A stretch of 63,225 bases of DNA, the filler included, from Octopus bimaculoides (lineage: Eukaryota), in NCBI RefSeq assembly GCF_001194135.2. It is 6 parts of 6 records of this genome, joined end to end, with 100 filler letters (N's around TTAATTAATTAA, not from the genome) between each part and the next. Parts side by side here need not be neighbours in the genome. Positions count along the whole stretch, not along the records: positions 12,429 to 33,955 come from NC_068987.1; positions 34,056 to 39,792 come from NC_068998.1; 4 more parts are not named here. One strand, 5' to 3'. A model generated the notes under the pieces. The model saw nothing but the letters and a program-made list of their open reading frames with translations, had not been told where the DNA came from and did not search any database. Shown here in pieces: positions 26,332 through 39,667 of this stretch (positions are counted from its first letter, which is position 1; each line of letters starts with the position of its first letter). The position numbers and the translations under genes were made by a program.

Positions 26332-26483
26332 TTGCAGATAGGATTGTTAGTACTTGGGACTTCAATTGTGCAAATACCCTTGCTGCAGTTTTTACCAACA
26401 AGTTCATGAGCATGTAAATAAGGTTCAGGATCATCAGTGACCAAACTGACTACAAAAAGAGCTGGTCCTTTATAATTCAAGAT
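26332..26483 (-). CDS. NFKB1: NF-kappaB exon: Rel homology domain, middle part
   Basis: ctttgtattctgttttag|atc ttg aat...atc tgc aa|gtaagc, 152 nt, phase 0 to 2. ILNYKGPALFVVSLVTDDPEPYLHAHELVGKNCSKGICTIEVPSTNNPIC(K) aligns with p50 ICNYVGPAKVIVQLVT...LHAHSLVGKHCEDGICTV. Phase matches both neighbouring exons. Confidence 0.96.
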
Positions 26484-27029
26484 CTAAAACAGAATACAAA
26501 GATAAAAAAAAGACATTTTAACTGTGCCATCGTTAGTATCTGTATCAAATGGTTATCAAGCTGACAATATCAATGGAAACAACGATAATAACAGCTTCAA
26601 TGATGACAGCAATGATAATGGTAACAATGTTGACAATGACACTAATGAAAACTGTAATATTAATAATGGCAAACATTGGAATGCAAATGTTCAATTCTGT
26701 TTCACTCTATTGTACTCATTATAATTACTATTGTTATTCATTTAGTGGCATGTTATAGCAAAGTTAAGAAATCCGAATGTTCAATTGTTTACTCTTGCTC
26801 TAAATATTGAAAATTCCATCTTTATTTGTTTTGTTTTTTTTACTTGCTATCTTATCCAAATGTCCCATTGTTTCCTCGACCAGCCTTAATTCTCAAAAAT
26901 TTCACCGCTCTCCCTCTCTCGGTTTTGTTAACCATTTGTTTTCCCATGTTGATTGTTAATTAGTAGCTCGTTTTGTTTGTGGCTATACCACATTGGCTTT
27001 AGCTAGGGAATAGGGCAGCCAGTGTTTTG

Positions 27030-28985
27030 CCATTCAAAGTGCACCCTCCCATCCCACTCTTGTAGATTTGTGCTGCATCCAAGAAGTAAGGTGGAGAGGA
27101 AGTTCTGCTAGGTTCCTCACAGGCAAAGAACACAGGTATAAGATTTTCTGGGTAGGGAACACTGATGGGGTTAGGGACATGGGTATACTCCTTGTGAAGA
27201 AATGGGTTGATAAAGTAATCGAGCTAGTCAGAGTCTGTGATAGAATACTTAGGCTTAGATTAGTGCTGCAACATGGGTTAGCAACCATTATCTTGGCCTA
27301 TGCCTCTCAGCCAGGGCTACCTGATGAACAGAAAGACCGATTTTATGACATCCTCTCGCAGACTACATTGTCGACGAACGACAGGGACCTTCTCTTTGTG
27401 GCTGGCAACTTCAATGGGCATGTTGGACAGCATCCAGGGAGCTTCCATGGTGTGCATGGTGGCAATGGATTTGGTTCCTGCAATGAGGAGGGAACCAGGT
27501 TGCTGAAGTTCTGTGATGCAAATGATCTTATGATCTGTAATACTAACTTCAGGAAACCTGTCAGTCACTTGTTCACCTACCAGTCTGGTGGGTACACTAG
27601 TCAGATTGACTACATTCTCATCAGCAAATGAGAAACATTGCTACTTATAAATGCCAAAACTTTTCCAGGTGAAGAATGCACCTCACAGTATAGGTTAGTA
27701 GTTAGCGACTTTAAGATCAGGGCTAAATGACTGCCCAGAAGATCTGGAAGCTTAAGGATCCTCTGAATGGACAGAGATTTAGAGATGCATTACTTGAAGC
27801 TTGATGAAAAAGTGGAGGATATAGCATACCATAACATGAAGGACAACTGGAGGTTCCTACGGGACAACCTGTTGAGGGCTACTGACCAGATCTGTGACTA
27901 GTGCAAAGTCCCCTCTCGACCTAAGGTAACGTGTTAGTGGAACAATGTAGTTGACAGGGCCATCAGGGAAAAGAAATAGGCATGGAAGGACTGGAAGTGT
28001 GATGGTAGCAGAAAACTGTATCAAATTGCCAGAAGGGAAGCTAGGAGACAGGTTTACTTAGCCAGAGGGGAAGCAGATTAGAAAAAATTTGCCAATGTTC
28101 TGTATCGTGCAGACCAGATTCTTGAAACATTTTGAATTGCAAGACAGTGTGTGAGAGAAAATTGCGATGTCATAGGAGAGAAATGTGTCCACATGGATGA
28201 TGGCTCACTTGCACTTAATGATGCTGCAAAGACAGAGGCTTGGATACACAACTATGAAAGGTTGCTAAATGAAGAGAATGAATGGGAGAAAGAGTCTGCT
28301 GAATGTCGACCCAACAGAGGAACCAGCTATTCAAATTGACAGTACCATGGTAGATAGAGCAATTAAGGGTATGAAGATAGGTAAAGCCCCCAGCCCATCA
28401 GGAATCACTGCAAAGATGCTTAAAATATCTGGCAGTATAGGGTATAGTCACCCTTATAGTTAACCAATGACTTGTATAGCAGCACCATAGTCAACTATAA
28501 CAAAGGTAAAGGTGACACATTAGATAGAAATAATTACAGAGGTATCAAATTGTTGCATCAGGTGATGAAAGTCATGGAGAGGGTCATAGCCCAACTAATT
28601 AGGGAGAGAGTTAGTTTAGATGAGATGCAGGTAGAATGCCAGGTAGAAGCACAACTGATGCTATATTTCTGGTAAGGCAGCTGCAGGAGAAATTCCTAGT
28701 CAAAAATAAACCTCTGGTTTTTGTTGACATGGAGAAAGACTTTGACAGGGTCTCCTGATCCCTTATCTGATAGTCAATGTGAAAACTAGGAATAGATGGG
28801 TGGTTGGTGTATGTAAAAAGCAGCTACTACACTCTCAGAGTGGTTGGTGTTAAGGGCATCCAGCTGTAGAAACTGTGTCAAATCAGATTGGAGCTTGGTG
28901 CAGCCTCCTAGCTTAACAGTCCTTAGTTAAACTAACCAACCTATGCCAGCATGGAAAGCAGACATTAAACAATGATAATGATGAC
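27030..28985 (+). mobile_element. RTE (BovB-like) LINE, decayed, with large internal deletion
   Basis: APE endonuclease (CIQEVRWRG...AGNFNGHVG...SQIDYILI) and N-terminal RT (GKAPSPSGIT, YNKGKGDTLDRNNYRGIKLL, FVDMEKDFDRV). It then jumps at about 28810 to the RTE 3' UTR (gagtggttggtgttaagggcatccagctgtagaaac...(gat)n). Confidence 0.9.
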
Positions 28986-31900
28986 CACAACATTGGTGAT
29001 GATGCTAACAAACCAATGAGAGAGTGTCTAAGTGGTCAGTTAACCTGAAATAAATAACTGGCAAATCTCTTACATAACACTTTCATCTTAACTGTTAATT
29101 TTATACTGTAGATATCGACACCTATGACCAAATTCAAAACATGAAACCTTGGTTCAAGCAATGAAGTTGAGCCAAATTTTAGAAAGAACTTCCTCTCAAA
29201 AGATTTCCTGTTTGTACCACATGTGATTATTTATTGCATTTTATCAAGTAAATTTTCCTAGATATTTTTTCTTCGTTCAATTTTTGAGCATAACAGCAGT
29301 TAATACCTCAAGTAGCAAAATTCAGTAACATTATTTATTAATGATAAGCATATTTAATAATGACTTATTAGGAAACTAAATTGAAACCTCGTAAAGATAT
29401 GTGAATCCAGAAATCAATATCTTGTAAATGAGAAAACACTTATATAATCAATCTACCTTGGCAGGTAAAAGTGACATGACAACAGATAAATATCAACAAC
29501 ACAAAAATCACAATCACAATGTAAACTGATGATCATCATATCTTAGTAAATTTCATATAAATACATACAATAGTTATATTTCTGTAATTTTTATTCTGGA
29601 CTAATTGCATTTCATCAAAATATTTACTTCCTAACAGGACTAAATTTATATAGAGAAAGCAGTACTGGGCTTAAAGAATTAAATATAAAAACAGACATAT
29701 TGGTTGATGTCAAATTTAAATACTGTATTCAGAAGAAAATGAAAAATCTTGAATAATAGATTTGCTTGATCAGGGTTGACCTGGAGCTAAGAACAAGAAC
29801 ATGATGGTAATGCTCACAATGGCAAGAATTCCATGAAGCTGATAGCAATCACCATGAAGCTGATAGCAATGATGGCAGTAATACTGATATCAATGATGAC
29901 AACTATAACATAATAATGTTAACTAGCTGGACCCATGAAAAATTCATGGAAAGCATTAAAAATGTAAGCATCTGTAAATTGTGTGCTGGTGCCATGAGAA
30001 ATGTTCCTATATTGTGACAGTTACAGAATATAGAAAGAAGTGTAAAACCGATAGCTATATAATCCAACTAAAATATCTCAGTTACACCAACGTAAACAGA
30101 ATTACTTTTTAGCCTTAAAATACATCGTACATATTCAAAGAACTTTCTTGGTTTAGTGGTACAGAATGTTCTGGTATTCTTTTATTCTTTTACTTGTTTC
30201 AGTCATTTGATGGTGGCCATGATGAAGCACCACCCTTTAGTTGAAGAAATCAACCCCTGGAATTATTCCCTGTAAGCCTGGTGCTTATTCTATCAGTCTC
30301 ATCTGCCAAACAGCTAAGTTATGGGGATGCAAACACACCAACATTAGTTGTCAAGTAATGATGGTAGGGAGACAAACATACACACACATTTATATATGAC
30401 AGGCTTCTTTCAGTTTTTGTCTACCAAGTTCACTCACGAGGCTCTGGTCGGCCTGAGGCTACAGTAGACAACACTCTTTAAAGTATAGAGTTGAATTTCA
30501 TGTAGCCACCTGTTGGCAACTTTTCTCCCCCACCCATTTTGTAGGGGTATTACCCATTTTTCTGGGCTCTTTTCACAGTTTTACCACGTTCGAAATTTGC
30601 ATTAGTTTTTGTATGAAAAATAAAAAGGAAGTGGGGCAGGCTTGTTTGTAGTCTGTAGAGAAAACGTTAAGCACACCTGAAAAAAGCATGGTCTTTCCCC
30701 ACCAACTAAAAGACATGAAGAACTATGAAAAAAAGGCAAATAAGTACCAGGGGTGGGGGAAAGAAGAGAGAACACTCGATCATTCTAGATCTCCCAGAAT
30801 AAAAACATAAACACCTGAAAGACTTCCTCTCTATTCATTACTAAATGTCTTTCCCTCTTCTTCATTGTTAAGAAGCTAGAAAAGATCAATCATATTTCAG
30901 TCTAATTGTCCTTGTAAATGACTGATGCTTTCCTTTATCTATCGCTTCACTCCTTTTCTCTATGATTAAGAGGCCAGCCTCATCACCTTCTGTGTGAGGC
31001 TGAATCTCCCCCAGAACTACCTTATGACATGCATGTCTGTGGAGTACTCAGCCACTTGCACGTTAATTTTACGAGCAGACTGTGCCATTGATCAGATAAA
31101 CAGGAACCTCATTGTGGTAACCCACAGTGAAATTTTTTAAAAGGAGTGAAAGAAAAGGAAATGTTCTATATCGTAAGGCAAAAATTTTGTGTTTAGTATA
31201 AGCTGTGAAAGCTAAGACAAAATAATTGCTATTCCATCATGTATTCACCCTCGACTCATGCTTAGTTTGATAACAACAGCCTGTGCATTGGTGTTTATCT
31301 GGGGGCTTGGCCTCCAGATCTGTGAGACTCACAATTACCACAGTTAGGACCGGATTAACACCCATAGTGACCCTAATGACTAAAAAGATTTTCCTGCCCC
31401 TATATAGGATCGTTTTTAATTTTCTTCCAACTACTCGAAGGTTTATCTTGTTCCAGTCCACTCAGTTGGCCAAAATGAGTTGTAGCTGTAATTCAAAGGG
31501 GCCAGCCTTGTCATATTCTGTATGAGGCTGAATTTCCCTGAGAACTATGTTAGTGGTATGCATGTCTGTGGAGTACTCAGCCACTTGCGAGTTAATTTTA
31601 TCCTCGTGTGGTAATGAAAAGTGAAAGTGACATCCAATATTTGCTGTAGTTGTCTTTGATGTAAAAATGTCTCAACTTTCTTTCAATCTATGTATCTACT
31701 GTCTCTCTCACTTCTTCTGTGTTCCTCCTCTCTCCCGCATTTAATTTAACAATGTGTGTATGTATCTATGTATCAACTTTAATTGAGATGTGATAAACAT
31801 TTAAAAACACAAAATGAATGCCAACACCATTCACTGCCTCTCTGTCCTCTTCATTCCCATTTTGCCACTCACTTCTTCCTTTGAGGTAAGTGTGACACAC

Positions 31901-33636
31901 ACCACAGGTATGGACGTACAAAAACAACAAGTTGGCGTATTAATATTAGTGATAACTATAATGACCCACTAAGCTGAAGGGGTCTTTTCATTTTCTTTTT
32001 ATGCCTTACAAGTTATTTGGCAACCTCACTAGTGCCAATGGTACAGAAAGCACTAGGTACACACTGTAAAGTGGTTGGCATTAAAAAGGGCACCTAACTG
32101 GAAAAACTATGAAAAAGATTATATTCAGAAACATTAGTATGGACACTGACTCTTGGCTCAGAGTCACTTTTGTGGAACACCAAAGGCATATTGTGAGCAA
32201 GGAGGCAACCTGTGACATGTATGGTTGGGTCAGATTTGCATAGATATTAAGGTCCTGAGGATCCCAATAGTCCTCAAGAAGAAGGAGTGAAGACCAATCA
32301 GATTCCTGGTGCAGAAGAGAAGGCTCAGCTGCAACACGTGTGATAGCAAAGACACTTGGGAAAAGCATAAAAAGGACAGTGGCAGACAACAGCAAAGGAA
32401 GTGATAATAGCAAGACATTAAGGCGATGTCTATGTCAATGGCTGCAGTTCTTCCCTTCCCACAGCACCTTCTGACCACATCTCCAAAGATAGCCCAGAGC
32501 AGAAACAGAGATGAAATAATTTCATCCTCATTGCTTCCAAAACAAGGAATCAGTGAGATATGGCCCTGAGAGGCCGAGAGCCCCCCAACTCCTGAATAGA
32601 GCCAGCCAGCTGGCAGCTATAAGGAGCAATTCTATTCCATCATCTTGCAGCATTGGAGAAAATATATAGTTTGGCAAGTAAGAAAACAAAAAGCCCAAAC
32701 TATAAAAAGATAGTAAAAGGTCATAAGTCCCTCTCACAAAAGTGCTCACCCACCAGAAACACCTGAACTTTATGTTAATTTAAATGGATAATCATAATAT
32801 AGTCATATTCACATCTACCTACTTCTGACCTCCATCTCTGCCACTATACATCTCTCTTTCTTGCTCCTCACTCCACTATCAGACCCTACACATTTTCTGA
32901 CCTACCTATAAGTATGTTATACTGCTGCTCTCCTCCCTTTCTCTGCTGCCACTTATCACCTCCTCCCACACTAATATTTACCACTGATCACACCTTCACT
33001 CTTGTTCATCATTCACTACATTCATCTCTACCCCCAGCTCTAAACATCTGCCACTTTCCTCTCATACTCCTATGAATTTGAACACTTGCAATTCTTGATC
33101 CCTGTCTGTATTCTCCCTTATACACACCTTTCTATATCTTAAGAGTACACTCTGACAACTAATTCCCATGCTCTTTGTCTTCTTTCCAGTTACTGCCACC
33201 CAAACTTAGATGTTGGGTAGCCATGTATTTCCTCTATAGCAAGACACCTGTCTCTGCCTTTGTGTCATATTTTAGCCTCTTGACAACTTCAATACTATAC
33301 CCCAACCCAGTGAAGGAAGTTGGGATCATTGTCATGTGAGTTACTTGATGACCTCTCTCATGCCAGCGTGATGAAAAAGAGCATCCAGCATGCAATGTAA
33401 TTTGGTTGACATTAGGGAGGGGATCCAGTTGTAAAAAGCATGTCAAAACAGGCATTGATGCTTGATACAGCCTTCCAACATGTTACATCCTGTCAACCCT
33501 GCCAACACGGAAAACAGACATTAAATGATGATAAAGCAAAAATTAGCTATCGTTGGAGCAAATAGTGCAAGGTATCAATCATCTCAATAAAGTTCATTTA
33601 AGACTTATTCTAAGAGAGTAGGAGATATTTACTTAC

Positions 33637-33776
33637 TTGTACTGTTGGATAAGTCCTTTTAGACTTTTGGCTATGGGTACCTTGCAAACCTCCATGAGAT
33701 GGTCCTTCACACTTGTATCGAAATCTGAATCCACGTGACTGTGGTTGTTCAAGGAAAACTAATTTTGGGGTTGTTT
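33637..33776 (-). CDS. NFKB1: NF-kappaB (p105/p100/Relish class) exon: start of Rel homology domain, DNA-recognition loop
   Basis: Minus strand ttcactttttcag|aa aca acc...gta caa|gtaagt, 140 nt, phase 1 to 0. Translates (x)[46 protein letters not shown]. RFRYxCEG is the Rel signature and PSHGGL is the class I (p50/p52/Relish) form. The symbol denotes family membership, not proven 1:1 orthology. Confidence 0.96.
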
Positions 33777-33792
33777 CTGAAAAAGTGAATAA

Positions 33793-33831
<39 letters not shown>

Positions 33832-33923
33832 TGCAGGTGTGGCTGTGTGGTGAGAAGCTTGCTTCCTAACAACATGGTGCCAGGTTCAGTCACACTGCGT
33901 GGCACCTTGAGCAAGTATCTATC

Positions 33924-33955
<32 letters not shown>

Positions 33956-34055
33956 NNNNNNNNNNNNNNNNNNNNNNNNNNNNNNNNNNNNNNNNNNNNT
34001 TAATTAATTAANNNNNNNNNNNNNNNNNNNNNNNNNNNNNNNNNNNNNNNNNNNN

Positions 34056-34137
<82 letters not shown>

Positions 34138-34477
34138 ATGTATGTATGTATGTATGTATGTATGTATATACACTGGATGAATATACACTGTCATTTTAGC
34201 ACCCAGAAACAAACACACGACAAACAGCCAATGACAGAAGACGGGATTGTCGTAATGTGTCGAAGAAGGGGGAGGAGGAAACGGAGGAGGAGGAAAAGCG
34301 TTTGAGAGAGTGAGAGAAAAGGGCGGAGTATAACGGAGTAAGACGGAGAGGGTTGACGGAAACGAACGAGGCGTGGCGAAAAATAGCTATATGGTGCATA
34401 AAGCGATATTTACAGGAAACAAAGTTATTGTGTTGATGTATGTACATACGTATGCATATATGTGTGTGTATATATAA

Positions 34478-34511
<34 letters not shown>

Positions 34512-35382
34512 ATGTTGTATATTTATGTGTGTAAGTAGGTGGGTGTGGTTTGATTGAGGGAAAAGAGAGAAAGAGTTAGAAATATTGGAAAAAAAAAAGG
34601 AAGGAAAAAAGTAGTGACGACCGTTTTGTTATGAGCAACGAAGACGAACATAGCAAAAATTGTTAGAGCCATGATATTAAACTTCTACTTTCTCTGTTGT
34701 TTTTAAAAACAACAACACTCGTTTCCACTGGTGCTCGAGAACAACAAAACATCGTCACTATTATTACTATTATTATTATTATAATTATTGTTCTTGCGAG
34801 TGAAATAAAAGGAGAAAAGGTAGAGGGAAAAACGAGGAAGGATAGAAAGAACGAAAGAAAGAAGAAAAAACGAAAGGCAGGCGAAAGAAGAGGAAGAAAG
34901 GTGATGAAGATTGGAAACGAAATGATAACCAACGTGCAGATGGATGTTAAGACTTAAAATATACGGCGAGATTTTACCGTAAATTCAGCTTTTTTTCTTA
35001 TTAATTCTCATTCATTTATGCTTTGCACTGTCATTAACAATTATTACACCAGAAAACATTATTATTATTATTAATATTATCATCATTATTATCATTATTG
35101 ATGTCATTATCACAGTTATTATAATAATCGTTATCATTGTTTTGTATGATTTCGTGTTATTACTATTTTGGTGTTCCATATTTTCATCGTTTTTAAATGT
35201 CTTATGTATTTTTATTTTATGTTATGTAATGTTGTGTATCTGTGAGAGTGTACGTGGCTATGTATGTCTGTGGGTGAATGTATTTACACATTCACGCACA
35301 CATACACGCACACACTCCTCACCCACACATAGCACATATACACACACATATATATATGTATATGTATATGTATGTATGCATA

Positions 35383-35417
<35 letters not shown>

Positions 35418-35545
35418 GTCATACATAAACCGCATATATGCATCTGAAGACAAACGTAAACATGTATGAATGTATGTATGTATGTACGTAGAGAAATATA
35501 TGTATATATAAAAATATATATACATAAATAAATTCATGTATACAT

Positions 35546-35590
<45 letters not shown>

Positions 35591-35967
35591 CACACATATA
35601 TATATATGTATATGCATGTACGTATGTTTGTACGTGTATATATATATATATAAACATATACATTCATATATATGTTTGTATATATGTAAATGCGCGTTTG
35701 CGTATGTGTACACACACACACGCATACACACACATGCACGCGCGCACAATCACAAACGTACTTAATCGGTCTACCAGACGATATTTGTCAGATGTCAGTC
35801 CCTTCCGTCATCCCTAAGCTCTACAAATCATGAAACTCTGAGTTGCTACGACGGACGTAATGAACTCTAAATCTGATTCTTTATCAATCTATAATATATA
35901 CTCCATATCATGTACTGAGTGCACTGCCATTCGTCTATAAACAAACGTATGTATACATTCATGTGCG

Positions 35968-36021
<54 letters not shown>

Positions 36022-36167
36022 AAGAGATATGTGTGTGTGTGTGTGTGTGTATGTACAAATGTCTGTATGTATGTACAAAGTGGGTTTTTTTCTTCTTAAA
36101 TTGATCTTATTTTAAATTGCAAGTTCATTCAATACATTTGGTACATTACAAAATTTATTATTATTTA

Positions 36168-36300
36168 ATAAGAATACTATTGGCAGTAACTTCGAAGTTT
36201 CTGCTACCTAAACCATCATCGGATGTTTTTATACATAACTTAGTTCGATGATGGATTAGTTTGCCAAAACTTCGAACTCACTGTCAATTCTATTCTTGCT
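36168..36300. repeat. Imperfect inverted repeat (fold-back)
   Basis: tggcagtaacttcgaagtttctgctacctaaaccatcatcg pairs with cgatgatggattagtttgccaaaacttcgaactcactgtca. Confidence 0.75.
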
Positions 36301-36352
36301 AGAGCATAATAAATATGTATATATTTATATGTGTATATGTGTTTATTTATGC

Positions 36353-36545
36353 AATATTTAATCCATAATCGTTAATCCGACAAAATATATAACCTGTTTC
36401 GCTTTCAGTTCACTGGGAACTGTTCTCCTTCAATCCTAGGCGAAACAAAATATATTTTGTCGGACTAACGACTTTGGATTAAATATTTTTTCATTGACTC
36501 TTATTCTTATCTGCGACTACTTTAGTCTAACTGTCCGGACATAGC
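36353..36545. repeat. Palindromic dispersed repeat, copy 1
   Basis: Arms of about 50 nt (aatatttaatccataatcgttaatccgacaaaatata...tgtttcgc / gcgaaaca...tattttgtcggactaacgactttggattaaatatt). Second copy at 38600-38770. Confidence 0.8.
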
Positions 36546-37379
36546 TTCTTTTTGAACTTAACACGCCCTGACACACACACACACACACACACACATGCGC
36601 GCGCGCGAGCCTGCATCTTTACATACTTACAGGCAGACAGACATGCATACTGACAGACAACTGACAGATAGACCGATTGATAAAGAGACGGATATACATA
36701 TATACATGTGTGTGAGGGGTGTGCCTGTTTATATAATCTATAAAAAAATATGTATGTTATATATACATACATCTATGTCCATATTTTATATGTACAGTAC
36801 ATACACACACACACACACACATATATATACACAGACACATATGTACATATATATATATACAGATTTGTAAGTATGTATATACGTAGGTTTTTGTGATACT
36901 AACAGGAAAATTGAGCTCAAATATAAATATACACACTTGTGCTATTAATAATGACCTGACGTTACAGAGTGACTCAAGTGTCTAGAGTTTCGGACATTTA
37001 TCAAGCGTATGTATGTACGTACGTATATACGCATACAAGCATGTATATGCATACACGTGTGTGTGTGTGTGTGTGTTGCGTCATCTTCTTTCTGTATATG
37101 TATTCAAGTATCTATATTATGTGTTTATGTGTCGGCGTCTAGTGACTATGCAGATTATGCGTGTATATTTTGTTATCAAATTGCTTACACACACACGAAG
37201 ATATGTATAATGATATATACACAATGTACTATATATACACTGCAAAATATACAGTTATATATATATAAGACATAAACATAGTTACATACACACATACACA
37301 CACTGAGAGTTATGTATCAACTTATACACTTATATGAAATAATATGGGTGTATACATATATGCATGTATTTTATGTATA

Positions 37380-37424
<45 letters not shown>

Positions 37425-38153
37425 NNNNNNNNNNNNNNNNNNNNNNNNNNNNNNNNNNNNNNNNNNNNNNNNNNNNNNNNNNNNNNNNNNNNNNNNNNNN
37501 NNNNNNNNNNNNNNNNNNNNNNNNNNNNNNNNNNNNNNNNNNNNNNNNNNNNNNNNNNNNNNNNNNNNNNNNNNNNNNNNNNNNNNNNNNNNNNNNNNNN
37601 NNNNNNNNNNNNNNNNNNNNNNNNNNNNNNNNNNNNNNNNNNNNNNNNNNNNNNNNNNNNNNNNNNNNNNNNNNNNNNNNNNNNNNNNNNNNNNNNNNNN
37701 NNNNNNNNNNNNNNNNNNNNNNNNNNNNNNNNNNNNNNNNNNNNNNNNNNNNNNNNNNNNNNNNNNNNNNNNNNNNNNNNNNNNNNNNNNNNNNNNNNNN
37801 NNNNNNNNNNNNNNNNNNNNNNNNNNNNNNNNNNNNNNNNNNNNNNNNNNNNNNNNNNNNNNNNNNNNNNNNNNNNNNNNNNNNNNNNNNNNNNNNNNNN
37901 NNNNNATATATATATATATATACATTATATATACATATGGTAAAAATTATTAATTGTTAATTTATTAATAAATTAATAAATTGATAAACCTTTACCCTTT
38001 TAATTGTAATAATTGTATCTATATATATATATATATTTCCATATTTAGACATTCCCATCAAGAATTTATGAATTATATTCTTTTGTGTCTTTATTTATAT
38101 AAATAGTTATATAAATGCGTCTATCTATCAATCTGTCTATCTATCTATCTATC

Positions 38154-38220
<67 letters not shown>

Positions 38221-38599
38221 GTGTTAATCCATATATATATGTATGTATGTATTTATGTATCTCACACTCTGAATATATATATATATACGCGCAATATACA
38301 CACATATATACATATGTAGGATGTATATATCTGTATATAACTTATATTTAGGTTTCCTAACAAGCAAAGCCTTACGGATGCACTCCTTCGTACGAAACTC
38401 CAGGTCATTGAGTCTCTTCATATATAGCTAATTATTGTATCCACTTTCCTTCCTAAATTCCTCTTCCTTCATTTATAAAATTTAATGAACCTTCTTTAGT
38501 TGTGTGTATATGTGTGTGAACGTGAAGAAACTTTAGTTGCGAATTTGAAGATATTAAAACGAAGGCACTCCGTGTGTGTGTGTATATATATATATATGC

Positions 38600-38770
38600 A
38601 ATATTTAATCCATAATCGTTAATCCGACAAAATATAATCTGTTTCGCTTTCAGTTCACTGGGAATTGTTCCCCATCAATTCTGGGAGAAACAAAATATAT
38701 TTTGTCGGAATAATGATTATGGATTAAATATTATTTCATTGAGTACTTTAGTCTAAGTGTCCGGATATAG
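38600..38770. repeat. Palindromic dispersed repeat, copy 2
   Basis: Direct homologue of 36353-36545. Confidence 0.8.
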
Positions 38771-38804
38771 GTGCCTGCTGAAACGTTCCTGGCTTTGTGT
38801 AAAA

Positions 38805-38960
38805 GAAAATACAGGAAGGATCAGTTAATTACGATTCTATTCAACATAATGCCCTCTCAGATTCATACACTTTTCTAAGCCCTGTAAAAGAACTCGCAAG
38901 TTTGGGCCTCTAACCGGGTCTGTGGCGAAACCTTTACAACCAGGAGCTTTTCAGCAACCG
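38805..38960 (-). mobile_element. Mariner transposase C-terminal remnant
   Basis: rc gives ...LEAQTCEFFYR / GLEKCMNLRGHYVE*, resembling the mariner C-terminal ...FY..GI..L..RWxKCxxxxGxYVE. Confidence 0.55.
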
Positions 38961-38963
38961 CTC

Positions 38964-39011
<48 letters not shown>

Positions 39012-39015
<4 letters not shown>

Positions 39016-39165
39016 CAAATTTACAGAAAACGAAAGACGAAGACAGGTCTAGGAACAACAAGCAGGTGTATTAGTTGAACGCTCATGAAGAATGAAAAAG
39101 ACTTTTACGTTTCGAACCTACGCTCTTTAACAGAAAGGATTAAGGGGAGAAAAATGGAGAAGAAA
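39012..39165 (-). mobile_element. Penelope-like pLTR fragment with degenerate minimal hammerhead motif
   Basis: rc 39104-39136: CCTTT-CTGTTAA-AGAG-cgtagg-TTC-GAAACGTA-AAAG, against the PLE consensus CTGATGA-AGAG-n-CTC-GAAACGTH. Confidence 0.55.
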
Positions 39166-39636
39166 AATGTGCAGAGTATGTATGGATGTATGTAGGTATG
39201 TATGTATGTATGTATTTATGTATGTATGTATGTGTGTATGTTTGTATGTATGTATACATCCTGGTGTAAGGTGCAGATAAAAGATGATGATGCCAAACTC
39301 CTTCATACACCAAAGGGGCCAGCAACGAATGGATAAAAGCACATACAGGAATGGAGATATGAAATCCTGCCACCCAGAAGAAATCGGCCAAAGAAGAATG
39401 ATTTGTAAAAGTACAAAATTCACGGTGCTGCTCCAGCATGACCGCAGCCGCATGGCTGAAGCGAATAACTAAATATCTTAACATAAATCCATTTATCTTG
39501 CAGCTTTTATCTAAGGAACTTTAAATGTATATGTTTCCCTGTCTGCGCTTCACTGAACAACCCTGTATAATGCAGTTCTAGAGATCTAGCCCTCCGTTAA
39601 CCCAACTCAAATACTCTTTAGAAATTGTGACGTGCA

Positions 39637-39667
<31 letters not shown>

